Below, one piece after another: positions 53,384 to 63,579 of a stretch of 64,000 bases of DNA. A program made the translations under genes and the position numbers. Source of the stretch: Sulfolobales archaeon HS-7 (GTDB taxonomy: Archaea; Thermoproteota; Thermoprotei_A; Sulfolobales; Sulfolobaceae); assembly GCA_019704295.1 (NCBI GenBank), contig AP024596.1, positions 896,001-960,000 of the forward strand, read 5' to 3'. The stretch's first letter is position 1, and every line of letters begins with the position of its first letter. The notes beneath the pieces were generated by a model. That model made no database searches and had not been told where the DNA came from. It worked only from the letters and a program-made list of their open reading frames with translations.

Positions 53384-53905
53384 ATGGACGACAATCTGAT
53401 TAAAAGGCTCCTTAGCGAGGAGAGGAGAAGTTGGGAAGATCCCGAAAAATTCTTACCCGAATTAATTATGCGCGACGACGTTGTGGCTGATGTTGGATGT
53501 GGTCCTGGCTACTATGCAAGAGTTTTAGTTAGACTTTCGAAGATGGTGTATTGTATAGATAAAAACGAGAAGATGTTGAACTACGCTGCGGGAATAAACT
53601 CTCCTAATATATTATTTCTTAAAGATATATCCGAATTGCCAAACAATTCAGTTAGCGTGGTGTTATTTGCAAACTCATTCCATGACATGGATCGTAAGAA
53701 TATGTATAAGGAGACTATTAGAGTACTTAATTCTAAAGGCAGAGTCATAATCGTGGATTGGAAAAAGGAAAGTCCGATGGGACCACCAAGTGATATTCGA
53801 ATGAGTAAAGACGAGTATATAAAAACATTCTCGTTAGACTTTAGGTTAGACAGGGAGTTTGAAGTAGGTCCTTACCATATAGGTCTAGTGTTCGTAAGAA
53901 AATAA
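53384..53905 (+). CDS. class I SAM-dependent methyltransferase
   Basis: VADVGCGPG, SFHD, RVL...GRVIIVDW. Confidence 0.9.
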   Translation: MDDNLIKRLLSEERRSWEDPEKFLPELIMRDDVVADVGCGPGYYARVLVRLSKMVYCIDKNEKMLNYAAGINSPNILFLKDISELPNNSVSVVLFANSFHDMDRKNMYKETIRVLNSKGRVIIVDWKKESPMGPPSDIRMSKDEYIKTFSLDFRLDREFEVGPYHIGLVFVRK

Positions 53906-54210
53906 TGACGAGACACCGAGCGTAGCCAAGTCAGGTCAATAATTGTAAACTATCTTTGTTTCCTGCGCAGACTCATTTCGTCAAAGGTTCTCGCGTTAGA
54001 AAGATATTATTACTGTAAACTTCTCTAAAACTAGATCCAAGTATTAATTACGGATTGTAATTATTGCCAAGACAGTTTAAATAAAGGGAAGCTATAAGCT
54101 GTGAATCTATAGATAGCCAAATAAGTTTTCGTTTAATTAAATTCGTTTTATTTCTCCAATTTAACTGAATTCGCAGATGACCATAGAATACCCTAGTTAA
54201 GAATTAGTTA

Positions 54211-54825
54211 TTAATTAATTTCTTGAACGAATTTTTTAAATTGCTCCGAGCTTATCGTATTTCCATGTCCTGGCAAAAGGTAATCTAACTTATATGCAGA
54301 CAAAACTAGAAGACTTTTCTTTTCCATTTTCCTGTCCCATGAAAATATGGAGTTTGATAAGGAGGGATTACCTTTCTTTTCGATAACTGCATCGCCCGTA
54401 AACGCAATGTTTTTATAAATGTAGGTTACGCTACCTGGCGTATGACCCGGTGTATGAAGTATAAAAATATCACCGATTTTCTCTCCTTCTTTTACAGTTA
54501 CATCGACCTTTACTTTTTCCTGTCTCATTATTGAACTTATCAACCTCCCTACTATCTTATAGTGTGGCAATTTACCTTCAATTACTCTTGCATCAAATTC
54601 GTGCGCAATGATCTCAGCATTAGTCAAATCCTTTAGTCTTTTCAAGTCAACTATGTGATCTGGGTGCGCATGGGTTATCATTATTTCTTTAATTGTTATG
54701 TTATGGGAGTTCGCGAATTGCAGTATTTTATCAGCCTTAGTTCCTGAGTCTATTAGGTATCCATCGTAAGTTAAATAGGTGTTACACATGCCTTTTAACA
54801 TCCACACGTTATCGAATAACTGCAT
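54211..54825 (-). CDS. metallo-beta-lactamase fold hydrolase (glyoxalase II-like)
   Basis: THAHPDH, TPGHTPGS, FTGD, PGHG. Confidence 0.93.
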   Translation of the reverse strand: MQLFDNVWMLKGMCNTYLTYDGYLIDSGTKADKILQFANSHNITIKEIMITHAHPDHIVDLKRLKDLTNAEIIAHEFDARVIEGKLPHYKIVGRLISSIMRQEKVKVDVTVKEGEKIGDIFILHTPGHTPGSVTYIYKNIAFTGDAVIEKKGNPSLSNSIFSWDRKMEKKSLLVLSAYKLDYLLPGHGNTISSEQFKKFVQEIN

Positions 54826-54911
54826 TACAATATGTACTTCATATTAACTTTAAATTAATTTTGCAATTTGTTGAATGTTAAAAGTTACCTAATTGCCGGT
54901 ATCGCTATTCA

Positions 54912-55574
54912 TCATCTAACTTGCATGATAACTCCCTTTAAGTTACCATGAAGACCTAATTGCGCGTTTGCTATTTCTCTTAAATTTCTACTATTCTTAG
55001 TTATTTTTGCTATATTAAGCAACTCTTCTCTATCATCAATAGTATAGGGCCCAGTTCTATAAAGGATATAGACACATTGTAGTGAGGCGACGGAGTTAAT
55101 CATATACCCATTTATGAACGCTTTATCCGACGTCTCAAGATCCTTATGGGACATTAGGCAAACATCAGGATGTGTATGTGTTGCCGATATTCCTCGCGGA
55201 TACGGCGCAGTGACTTTACCTTCCTCTCCCTCTAGAACGAGATACTGTCCATCTGTTAAGACTATCGTTAAAAACTCTGGTCCTCCCCTTCCTGTAGTCA
55301 TAGTGTAAGGCATTACAGTATTAAAGAGGAAATTGAGATGTAACTTTAACAACTCATTAATTAATTCCCGATAATTAGTTGCAGTACCTCCATAAACTAC
55401 TCCTAATGACGATGCAATGTCTTTGTCGCGTACATACAACTTCTCACCATCTGTAGTTGCCATAATACCATATTCGTCTTCTATATCCTCTCCCAATCTC
55501 AGAAGATGGTATAGTTTGCTTATATGAATAGTGGTCTCATTGACATCAAGTCTCTGATGCTTTACATTGTTCAA
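54912..55574 (-). CDS. hypothetical protein with JAB/JAMM-like metal motif, third gene of the pyrEF arm
   Basis: GPEF...ATHTHPDVCLMSHKD; overlaps the pyrF 3' end. Confidence 0.7.
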   Translation of the reverse strand: MNNVKHQRLDVNETTIHISKLYHLLRLGEDIEDEYGIMATTDGEKLYVRDKDIASSLGVVYGGTATNYRELINELLKLHLNFLFNTVMPYTMTTGRGGPEFLTIVLTDGQYLVLEGEEGKVTAPYPRGISATHTHPDVCLMSHKDLETSDKAFINGYMINSVASLQCVYILYRTGPYTIDDREELLNIAKITKNSRNLREIANAQLGLHGNLKGVIMQVR

Positions 55575-56202
55575 TTCGTTTCACCATCTCTTCATTTATT
55601 TTTTCAATCATAGCTATAGGTTCCTTACTTAGATAAATACTTCTTCCTACTATCTCATAGTCTGCCCCGCTACAGATAGCAGTTCCGGGTAATGCGCCCT
55701 GATATCCAATTCCAGGGGATATAATAACGTTATTTGGAAATGAATTACGCAATTTTCTAATTACTGACGGTCTTGTCGCAGGAGCTACTAATCCAAACGG
55801 TTGGGTTCTCTCAATTACATTATAAATTAGCTCAATATCTAAAAACCATCCTGGATGGGACATGGCGGCTAGGAGGTATATCTTTTTATTTTTTTCATTT
55901 GCATATTTCTTTAATTCATCAAGGGCGTTTTCATAACCTATAAATGCGTGGGCAATAACGCTGTCTCCTAGATCAGAAACTGCCTTAATTACGTTTACCA
56001 TAGTTGAACCAATATCTGCTAGCTTAAGATCCAATATAATCTCACTAAAGTTAGCTCTGCTTAACACTCTCTTTATCTCATCCTTGCCATACTGTAATAT
56101 TATAGGTAAACCGATTTTCACCTTGGGTACCAGTTGGCTCAATGTTATCAAAGTATTCTGGTCAACTAACTGGTCCAAAGCGATAATAATTCTACTGTCC
56201 AA
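55546..56202 (-). CDS. pyrF: orotidine-5'-phosphate decarboxylase
   Basis: IIALD, KIG, DLKLADIG, SPGIG.QG, IVGRSI. Confidence 0.97.
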   Translation of the reverse strand: MDSRIIIALDQLVDQNTLITLSQLVPKVKIGLPIILQYGKDEIKRVLSRANFSEIILDLKLADIGSTMVNVIKAVSDLGDSVIAHAFIGYENALDELKKYANEKNKKIYLLAAMSHPGWFLDIELIYNVIERTQPFGLVAPATRPSVIRKLRNSFPNNVIISPGIGYQGALPGTAICSGADYEIVGRSIYLSKEPIAMIEKINEEMVKRIEQCKASET

Positions 56203-56782
56203 TTATATCCCCTAGGTACTTTAAAATTGAAATAGCTTCGCTATCTGTGACAAGTTTTTCGGTAACTAACTGCTTAAGAATGTTAGATATTTTATATAGT
56301 GATATTAACGTTACTCCCCTCTGTTTAAGCTTTTCAAGCGCGCCTTCTTCTCTATCAATTATTACAAATGCGGACGAGACTCTTCCGCCAGAATTCTCAA
56401 TTTTGTTAATAGCTGAGAGAAGCGATTTCCCGGTCGTTGCAACGTCATCTACAAGGAGAACTTCTTTATCATTAACTACACCCTCTACTAGACTTGCTGT
56501 TCCATGTTCCTTTTTTTCGTTCCTTACATACCCTAAAGGTTTGTTTAGTTTACATGCGATAAATGAAGCTAAAGGAACTCCTCCAGTGGCTATACCGACT
56601 ACGTAATCAAAGTTTATCTTGGATAATATTTTAGCTGACTCTGCTACTACGTCGCTAAACTCTGGGAAACTAGGGAGTTTCCTTAGATCTATGTAATATG
56701 GGCTTATTTTACCTGAGGTTAGGGTGAAAGTTCCTGTTAGCAGAAGACCTCTCTTCACCAGCAAGTGAGCAAATGACATCAT
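56192..56782 (-). CDS. pyrE: orotate phosphoribosyltransferase
   Basis: FTLTSG.ISPYYID, RNEKKEHG, LVDDVATTG. Confidence 0.97.
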   Translation of the reverse strand: MMSFAHLLVKRGLLLTGTFTLTSGKISPYYIDLRKLPSFPEFSDVVAESAKILSKINFDYVVGIATGGVPLASFIACKLNKPLGYVRNEKKEHGTASLVEGVVNDKEVLLVDDVATTGKSLLSAINKIENSGGRVSSAFVIIDREEGALEKLKQRGVTLISLYKISNILKQLVTEKLVTDSEAISILKYLGDIIGQ

Positions 56783-56848
56783 GTATAACAAGGAAGTGAG
56801 TTTAAGTTAAAATTTTATTTTTTGTTTAGGAGAGAAGACTGGGCTTGT
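56783..56848. promoter_or_regulatory. bidirectional pyrE/pyrB promoter region
   Basis: 66-bp AT-rich gap (TTTAAGTTAAAATTTTATTTT) between divergent genes, as in the Sulfolobus bipolar pyr operon. Confidence 0.65.
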
Positions 56849-57745
56849 TTGGATTTAATATCTATTGAGGAGTTAGACAGGGCAAAAATAGATGAAATTT
56901 TTGTGTTAAGTAATAAATTTAGAGAGGGCTACAAAAGCGACCTGCCTAATAGGATTGTAGCGTTAGCTTTTTTTGAACCGAGTACGAGAACTTATTCAAG
57001 CTTTGAGTCTGCAGCGAAGAGGTTAGATGTAAAGGTTATAGGTTTCAGAGGCGAGCAAGGGATATCAACTAGCAAAGGTGAAACATTTTCAGACACGATA
57101 AGAATGCTTGATGCATATGCTGATGCAATAGTAGTCCGTCATAAGTATGAGGGAGCTGCTAAACTGGCCGCGGAAGTGGCTAAAAAGCCGGTAATAAACG
57201 CTGGAGATGGGCGTAATGAACATCCTACTCAGGCCTTGGTAGATTTCTACACTATTTTGGAGGAAAAGGGAAAGATCAACGACCTGAACTACGGAATAGT
57301 AGGCGATTTAAAGTATGGTAGAACGGTAAATAGTTTTCTTCTCATGTTAAATAAGTTTTCTCCGGGAAAAGTGTATCTAATTTCTCCTCCAGAACTCAGG
57401 GCCAGAAAGGAAATTCTAGACAGGCTTAATTTTAACATAGAGGAGATTGATGAATTAGAAGTCAACATCAATAGAATCGATGTTCTATACGTGATAAGAA
57501 TTCAGAAAGAAAGGTACTTAGACGCGGCGGAATACCAAAAAGTTAAGGGTAGCTATAGAATTACGAAGAGGATCGCGGAAAACATGAAAAAAGATGCAAT
57601 TATCCTTCATCCCCTGCCCCGTGTAGATGAGATCGATAGGGAAGTTGATAAAACTGAAAACGCTAAGTATTTTATTCAAGCTCAATACGGCATCCCAGTA
57701 AGGATGTCTATTCTTACGTTAATTCTTGGTGACTCATATGAATGA
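56849..57745 (+). CDS. pyrB: aspartate carbamoyltransferase catalytic subunit
   Basis: FFEPSTRT, HPTQAL, GDLKYGRT, RIQKER, HPLPR; start set to TTG 56849. Confidence 0.97.
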   Translation: MDLISIEELDRAKIDEIFVLSNKFREGYKSDLPNRIVALAFFEPSTRTYSSFESAAKRLDVKVIGFRGEQGISTSKGETFSDTIRMLDAYADAIVVRHKYEGAAKLAAEVAKKPVINAGDGRNEHPTQALVDFYTILEEKGKINDLNYGIVGDLKYGRTVNSFLLMLNKFSPGKVYLISPPELRARKEILDRLNFNIEEIDELEVNINRIDVLYVIRIQKERYLDAAEYQKVKGSYRITKRIAENMKKDAIILHPLPRVDEIDREVDKTENAKYFIQAQYGIPVRMSILTLILGDSYE

Positions 57746-58220
57746 AAAGAAAGAGATTCTAGTGGCAAAGATAGAAAACGGCACAGTTATAGATCATATT
57801 ACAGCGGGCAGAGCACTCGCTGTCCTTAAAATATTAAATATAACTGGAAAGGAAAAGAATAGAGTATCTATATTAATTAATGCAGATAGTAAGAAAATGA
57901 TAAAAAAGGATATTATAAAAGTTGAAGAAAGGGAACTTAGTGCTGATGAGGTTAGTCTAATTAGTCTAATATCCCTTGACGCGACAGTAAATATTGTAAA
58001 GGGTTACGAGATCGTCAAAAAAACTAAGCTTACATTACCGAAAAGAGTGAAAGGACTTCTTCGGTGCAATAGCCACACTTGTATATCAAATCAGGATCCA
58101 GAAGCCACTCCGACTTTTAATGTAATTGAGTCTAAGCCCCTCAAATTATCTTGTGTATACTGTAGAACTTATCTTTACGAGGAGGACGTTCTCTACCAGA
58201 TTCTCGGTGAAAAACAATGA
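57738..58220 (+). CDS. pyrI: aspartate carbamoyltransferase regulatory subunit
   Basis: IENGTVIDHI, KKDIIKVE, C..HTCI...CVYC zinc site. Confidence 0.97.
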   Translation: MNEKKEILVAKIENGTVIDHITAGRALAVLKILNITGKEKNRVSILINADSKKMIKKDIIKVEERELSADEVSLISLISLDATVNIVKGYEIVKKTKLTLPKRVKGLLRCNSHTCISNQDPEATPTFNVIESKPLKLSCVYCRTYLYEEDVLYQILGEKQ

Positions 58221-58753
58221 GGAAAGGTAAGATAGTTACAATGGATGGTGAAGAGGTAATCATATCTGTTAGGATTAAATCGCCTCGTCCTGGACAGTTC
58301 GTGACATTGATTCTACCTGGAATCGGCGAATTCCCTTTTTTAATAGCTGACTACAAAAAGGGAAATCTGAAATTAAAAATACATTCTAGAAAAATAAGAG
58401 AGGAAATTTCAAATAGGAAAGTAGTATATATCAAGGGACCTCTGGGAAGTCCGATAAAAATAGGCAGAAGCGTGTTATTATTAGGGGAAAATGATTCGTT
58501 GTCGGAATTAGAGTTTATCATTAATTATTGTAAAAGCAAAGGTATTAAATTAAGAATAGAAAATAATATGAGCGTTAAAGGAGAAGAGGATACGGTAATT
58601 ATTACTTCACCTGATTATGCAAGAAGGGCAGATAGAAAAAGGGTTTACGTCTATTTTAGAAATGTTAAGATGAATTGCATGCTGGGTGTATGTGGGGAAT
58701 GTTTAGTAGGAGGCAAACTGGTTTGCAAAGACGGGCCGTTTCTGAAGATATAG
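58217..58753 (+). CDS. pyrK: dihydroorotate dehydrogenase electron-transfer subunit (short PyrK-like)
   Basis: PGQFV, KGPLG, CMLGVCGEC...VCKDGP [2Fe-2S] motif. Confidence 0.85.
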   Translation: MRKGKIVTMDGEEVIISVRIKSPRPGQFVTLILPGIGEFPFLIADYKKGNLKLKIHSRKIREEISNRKVVYIKGPLGSPIKIGRSVLLLGENDSLSELEFIINYCKSKGIKLRIENNMSVKGEEDTVIITSPDYARRADRKRVYVYFRNVKMNCMLGVCGECLVGGKLVCKDGPFLKI

Positions 58754-58762
58754 TAACCTAAA

Positions 58763-59929
58763 ATGGGGTTGAACCTCTTGAGAATACTATCAAACATATT
58801 ACTTGACGACGGTTCCTTCGTCCTCGGATGTGTTGAATTCGACAGAATCATCAGAAGTATAAGAAAAGAATGTAAGCCCGACTTAAACATGGAAAGGGAT
58901 TTTATGGTTCCGGCTGGGATAGATTTACATGTACATATACGAGGTGCTCAGCTTTCATATAAGGAAGACGTCAGGTCTTTCTCTATGGAAGCCGCACGGG
59001 GGGGTATAGGATTAGCCATAGATATGCCTAACACAGAACCTTATATTAACAACAGGGAAAAAATAATTTCCAGATTAGAAGAACTTAAAAATTCTAGAAT
59101 AGACTACGCCCTCTACTCTGGATACCCTGAAGAGTACGTTGAGGATTTACCGATAGCAGGATATAAACTATTTCCTCAGGATCTGGAAAGAAACCTAGAA
59201 CCTCTCATTAATTCGAAAAAACTAAAGATTCTTCATCCAGAATCTCCAATAAGCCTCAAGGAAGATAGACGACTTAGAAATTTATGGGAAGAATATTTTG
59301 GCATTAGGGAGATGTATGGACATGTACACATTACGCATATTACATCAAAATATGGTGTCGAATTATCCAAGCGAATGGGATTTACCACCGATGTAACACC
59401 CCATCATATGTTAATATCCAGGGAGAGAACTTGTATAGAGAAAGTAAATCCACCATACAGAGGAGAAATAGAGAGAAGGTTACTAAACTTGGCACTATTC
59501 GAGGTTGATGCCATCGCTTCGGATCATGCCCCTCACGCTAAATTTGAAAAGAACATGCCATTTTCATTGTGCCCCCCAGGGGTTCCATTAGTTTCATTTA
59601 CTTTACCTTTTGTGTTTTCAATGGCGATTAGGGATATTATATCGTTCAAAAGGGCAATGGAACTTGTGTCAGAAAATCCATCGAAAATTCTCGGCATTAA
59701 TATGGGAACCATTAGAGTAGGGAATAGGGCAAATATCACTATACTGAGTAGAGAAGAATGGAGGTATTCTACGGCGTTCTCAAAAGCTACTACGACCCCT
59801 ATCGATGGATATAAACTATACGTGAAACCAGTATTAACGATAGTAGAGGGTAAGGTGGTATTTGATCAAGAAAACGTATACCCAATTCAGGGTGTAAATC
59901 CCTTTGCTGAAAGTGAACGTTTTCAATAG
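58763..59929 (+). CDS. pyrC: dihydroorotase
   Basis: DLHVHIRG, DMPNT.P, HITHIT, DVTPHH, KVNPP.R, ASDHAPH. Confidence 0.95.
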   Translation: MGLNLLRILSNILLDDGSFVLGCVEFDRIIRSIRKECKPDLNMERDFMVPAGIDLHVHIRGAQLSYKEDVRSFSMEAARGGIGLAIDMPNTEPYINNREKIISRLEELKNSRIDYALYSGYPEEYVEDLPIAGYKLFPQDLERNLEPLINSKKLKILHPESPISLKEDRRLRNLWEEYFGIREMYGHVHITHITSKYGVELSKRMGFTTDVTPHHMLISRERTCIEKVNPPYRGEIERRLLNLALFEVDAIASDHAPHAKFEKNMPFSLCPPGVPLVSFTLPFVFSMAIRDIISFKRAMELVSENPSKILGINMGTIRVGNRANITILSREEWRYSTAFSKATTTPIDGYKLYVKPVLTIVEGKVVFDQENVYPIQGVNPFAESERFQ

Positions 59930-60773
59930 AGTGTTAAACAACCCGATCGTTGTAGCTTCGGGGATATTGCCCCCGGTAACCAAGTTAATGAGGGACGTCT
60001 GTAGAAAATATGCACCTGGAGGAATTACTACTAAATCTATGACAATAGAACCCCTTCAACCTCATCAACCTCCCACTTTGTTACAATACGATCATGATAC
60101 ATACATAAATGCCATAGGTCTAGGGAATCCTGGAATAAAGACTCTTAATAAGATTGGCTGCTTTACTATAGTAAGTATTGCCGGGAATAGCGTTGATAAC
60201 ATTACACTTACAGCTAGGGAGGCAGAGAGGATCGGCGACGCAATTGAGATTAACGTAAGCAGTCCCAACAGGGCAGGATATGGGGAGTCGTTATCCTCCC
60301 ATGTTAGTAAAATAGTCAAAGAGATAAAGGGTCTAGTGACGGTTCCAGTTTTAGTAAAACTTGGTCCCTGGGAAAACATTGTAGATATTTCTGGAAAGGC
60401 CTTATCAGCAGGGGCGGACGGTCTCACCCTAACGAATACTATTAAGGGAATGATAATTGACGTTCATTCAATGAAGCCCATACTTAGCTATAAAACTGGG
60501 GGCATTTCTGGGAGAGCTTTACATCCTATAGCTGTTAGAGCCGTCTATGAGGTATACAAGGAGTATCAACCAGTAATTATAGGGACCGGAGGGGTTATTT
60601 CCTGGGAGGACGCCGTGGAATTTATGTTAGCTGGTGCTACTTTAGTGGGAATAGGGAGCGGTATTATAAGTAAGGGGTTTGATGTAATACGTAAAGTAAA
60701 TCAAGGTATAGAAGAATATCTCGAAAGCAAAGGACTTAAATTAAAAGATTTAATTGGATATATAGTAAGGTGA
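59904..60773 (+). CDS. pyrD: dihydroorotate dehydrogenase, Sulfolobus type 1S
   Basis: NAIGLGNPG, EINVSSPN (Ser in place of the catalytic Cys), NTI, GGISG, IIGTGG. Confidence 0.95.
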   Translation: MLKVNVFNRVLNNPIVVASGILPPVTKLMRDVCRKYAPGGITTKSMTIEPLQPHQPPTLLQYDHDTYINAIGLGNPGIKTLNKIGCFTIVSIAGNSVDNITLTAREAERIGDAIEINVSSPNRAGYGESLSSHVSKIVKEIKGLVTVPVLVKLGPWENIVDISGKALSAGADGLTLTNTIKGMIIDVHSMKPILSYKTGGISGRALHPIAVRAVYEVYKEYQPVIIGTGGVISWEDAVEFMLAGATLVGIGSGIISKGFDVIRKVNQGIEEYLESKGLKLKDLIGYIVR

Positions 60774-61096
60774 ATGGACTGTCCACCAGGCCAGAAATGA
60801 AAGGTCGTGATTTAGAGACTCTTCTATATTTAGGCAAAATAGAAGATTCGTGGATAGAATATTGTAGTGATGATAAAGCAAATGCGCGTGTTGTTGCTAG
60901 AATTAATACTGGAGAGGAGGTATCGACTTTCTGCATACCAATAAGAGCCGCAGGTAAGATAAATACCGTCATAAAACATTACCTAAGAATGGGTATTACC
61001 AAATATCTCGTTACTGATGATTCCATTTCAAAATCTAATGTGGATACTGAGGGTGGTGAAGACGAAGTTCGAGAGGATGAAAATTCCAAAGAATGA
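60770..61096 (+). CDS. hypothetical protein
   Basis: GTGA overlap with the pyrD stop; acidic tail. Confidence 0.7.
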   Translation: MNGLSTRPEMKGRDLETLLYLGKIEDSWIEYCSDDKANARVVARINTGEEVSTFCIPIRAAGKINTVIKHYLRMGITKYLVTDDSISKSNVDTEGGEDEVREDENSKE

Positions 61097-61376
61097 GAAT
61101 GATATAGAGGAAATAGAAAGGGAAATAAGTCAGAAAACTCATCATGAACATGAGCCTACTATTGAAGACCTGTTAGCTGATATTTACTCAAGAGTCCAAA
61201 ACTTAACTTCTGAATCTGCAGATATTAAGCGGAAAACATACAATTTAGAAAGAAATATTTCCATAATTTATGGCATTTTAGCTGAGATACTACTACTTTT
61301 TAATTCTAAGAGTGATGATGAGAAGAAAATTCATCTAAACAATATACATAATTTGCTAAATGATAGAAATGAGTGA
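61077..61376 (+). CDS. hypothetical coiled-coil protein with His-rich patch
   Basis: ATG 61077 after GAGAGG; THHEHE; heptad pattern. Confidence 0.7.
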   Translation: MKIPKNENDIEEIEREISQKTHHEHEPTIEDLLADIYSRVQNLTSESADIKRKTYNLERNISIIYGILAEILLLFNSKSDDEKKIHLNNIHNLLNDRNE

Positions 61377-61980
61377 AATAAGTTCAATTTTTATAATAGC
61401 GATAAAGCTTTTTGCTATAATGGATCCATTTTCTATAATTCCATATATATTGTCTGTCTTTAATCAATATGTTCAAGAGACAAAAGATACCATAACGTGG
61501 AGCACACTTACAAATAAACTCCTTATTGTAATAATAATATTACTGTTTTTATTTTCATTAGTAGGGCGGGCCCTTTTAGATTTTCTAGGTCTTTCTCCCG
61601 AGTCTTTAGAAATAGGAGGAGGTATTATATTGATGTATTTAGGGATTGATACAATGGGAGGATTTGGTCAGCTAAGATTTTTAGGAAGGAAAATCGAAGA
61701 GGCTTTAGTTACGCCAATAGCTACTCCGCTCATAGTAGGACCTGGAACTTTAACTGCCCTAGTATCGCTTTCTGTAAGTTATTCTCCACTTCTTTTGATA
61801 CTTGGCAGTCTAATAGCTGCCGCATTAACATATATTTCTTTACTTTCTGCACCATTACTTGTAAAACTTCTGGGGAATACGGGTACAATGGCTGCGGGAA
61901 GATTCACAGCTATTATAATAGCTGCTTTTGGTGTTCAACTAATTATTACAGGCTTACAGCAGCTTCAACTCGTTAAATAA
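61360..61980 (+). CDS. MarC family membrane protein
   Basis: [32 protein letters not shown]. Confidence 0.93.
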   Translation: MIEMSEISSIFIIAIKLFAIMDPFSIIPYILSVFNQYVQETKDTITWSTLTNKLLIVIIILLFLFSLVGRALLDFLGLSPESLEIGGGIILMYLGIDTMGGFGQLRFLGRKIEEALVTPIATPLIVGPGTLTALVSLSVSYSPLLLILGSLIAAALTYISLLSAPLLVKLLGNTGTMAAGRFTAIIIAAFGVQLIITGLQQLQLVK

Positions 61981-62317
61981 CTGAAAACTGAACCAAGTTT
62001 TACGACTGTAGCTTTTTAATAGTTTTAACTACATCTCATACCTTCCTGGACTCTAAAGATCACAAAGTCTATCTTTAACCCCTTAACATCGACTCTATTC
62101 TAAGGAACGACTCTAATGATGAGAGATAGGGTCTTATCCCTTGAAGTAGCAAGAATTACAACTGTGATGACTGTTTTTCCCTTAACTATCGGTTTATAAA
62201 TTTGAGCATTTGCCTCGAATTTTACGTGAATTGAGTTGTATTCCGTCAGGCTTTAAAGGACAAGGGAACTTCACTCAGTATTGACGTCTGGGGTTCACCA
62301 CACCTTTTCACACTGTA

Positions 62318-63277
62318 TACGAGGTCACCTACTCTCTTGGATATCGAACGTAGAAACCTTCTTGCGTCTCACGTTAACGTCTCGAAGTCCGTGTAGATCT
62401 TGGAGTAGAGCTTTCTCTTGAGGATCGCCCAAGGTCCCTCAGCTGGGCTCTTGTCTGGGGAGTAGGGCGGTAAGTAAACGAAATCCACGCCGTTCTCCTC
62501 AAGGAATTTCCTCACTCTATTTCCTTGGATTCTGGTGTTGTCCATTATCACCACGACCTTCTCGTCCTTTATCACCTTTCTCAAGTATGATATCCTCGGA
62601 ATTCAACGAGGGCTTCTTGTAGGTCGAGTAGGTAAAGGTTATTCCCGCTTTGCTTATCATTATTCCTCCTATTACTGCAAACCTCTTCCTCTTGGGGTTA
62701 ACTTTTACCCCTGCTCCTGCCTTCATCCAACCCTTGTTTACGGGCGACACGACAAAGACGTGTACCTTGTATCCCTCGGCTATTTTTTTAAAAAGTCTCT
62801 CCCCTTGTTCCCTAACCCATCCCTCCACGGCCTTCTCGTCCCTTACGTAGGTTCTCTTGACCTTCTTGTACTTGAAGTCCAACTTGTTGAGGACTGGGCC
62901 CAAGCTCCTTGGGTTGTACTTTACCCAGAACTCCCTCTCAAGCACGTAGGCTACGAGCTTCAATGTCCAAAAATCACAGTTCAACCCCAAGTCTCTAGGA
63001 CTCTTTTCCAAGATCTTGACGAGTTTTTCCTCGTCCTTTATTTTCATGACTCCTCGGTTTCGCGCTCGGATCATCCCTCCCCAATCACTTGTATACGGTG
63101 AAGATGGACACGTCGTACTTCCTCGCGACATCCCTTATCCCGTCCCTCACGTCTTTCACTGCGTTAATCCTCCTCTTGCTTCTTGTTAAGCCTTATTCCG
63201 TGCATGCTGGATTTCGAAATAACAATTTCATATTACTCACGAAATATAAATCTTGCTCTTTAAGGTCTGACCAAGTA
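62318..63277 (-). mobile_element. IS630-family insertion sequence, decayed
   Basis: Imperfect terminal IRs TACGAGGTCA / TGACCAAGTA, each flanked by TA; visibly higher GC than the host. Confidence 0.85.
62369..63206 (-). pseudogene. IS630 transposase pseudogene
   Basis: HTH fragment (IRDVARKYDVS), WTLKLV winged helix, VVIMDN and LPPYSPD.SPAE split over several frames with stops; first catalytic DE motif missing. Confidence 0.85.
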
Positions 63278-63579
63278 TAATAGTTATAATAAGCTAAACC
63301 GTAACTGAAAACTTCGAATTGCTTCTTGCTAGGTATTAATAAACCTCTCTAAACTTGAGAAAGTGCTGAAATTCTTTTTAAATAGTTGAGGTAATGATTG
63401 TATCATTTATCCTTATTATTAACAAAGTTGTCTCTCTACCTCAGTAACTGCTCACCTTTTCTTGCTATTTTGTTGGCGAAAAGGTTCCCCAGAATAGGTA
63501 TAGCAGATCCTGTAGATAGCTTTAGGGGTTAGGATAGGGTAGGAATATATTTCTTAAAAAGCATGTTATACATTAGGTC

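Noticed and set aside
60240-60275. PyrD with Ser in place of the catalytic Cys (NVSSPN)
   Set aside because: Already described as the type 1S dihydroorotate dehydrogenase of Sulfolobus
1311-60972. Numerous 60-145 aa ORFs antisense to well-supported genes
   Set aside because: Shadow ORFs with Ser/Ile/Phe-rich composition typical of reverse-frame translation
62115-62175. Two RTGATGA box C motifs
   Set aside because: No CTGA D box at a suitable distance
62535-63101. 188 aa plus-strand ORF
   Set aside because: Antisense to the IS630 transposase pseudogene
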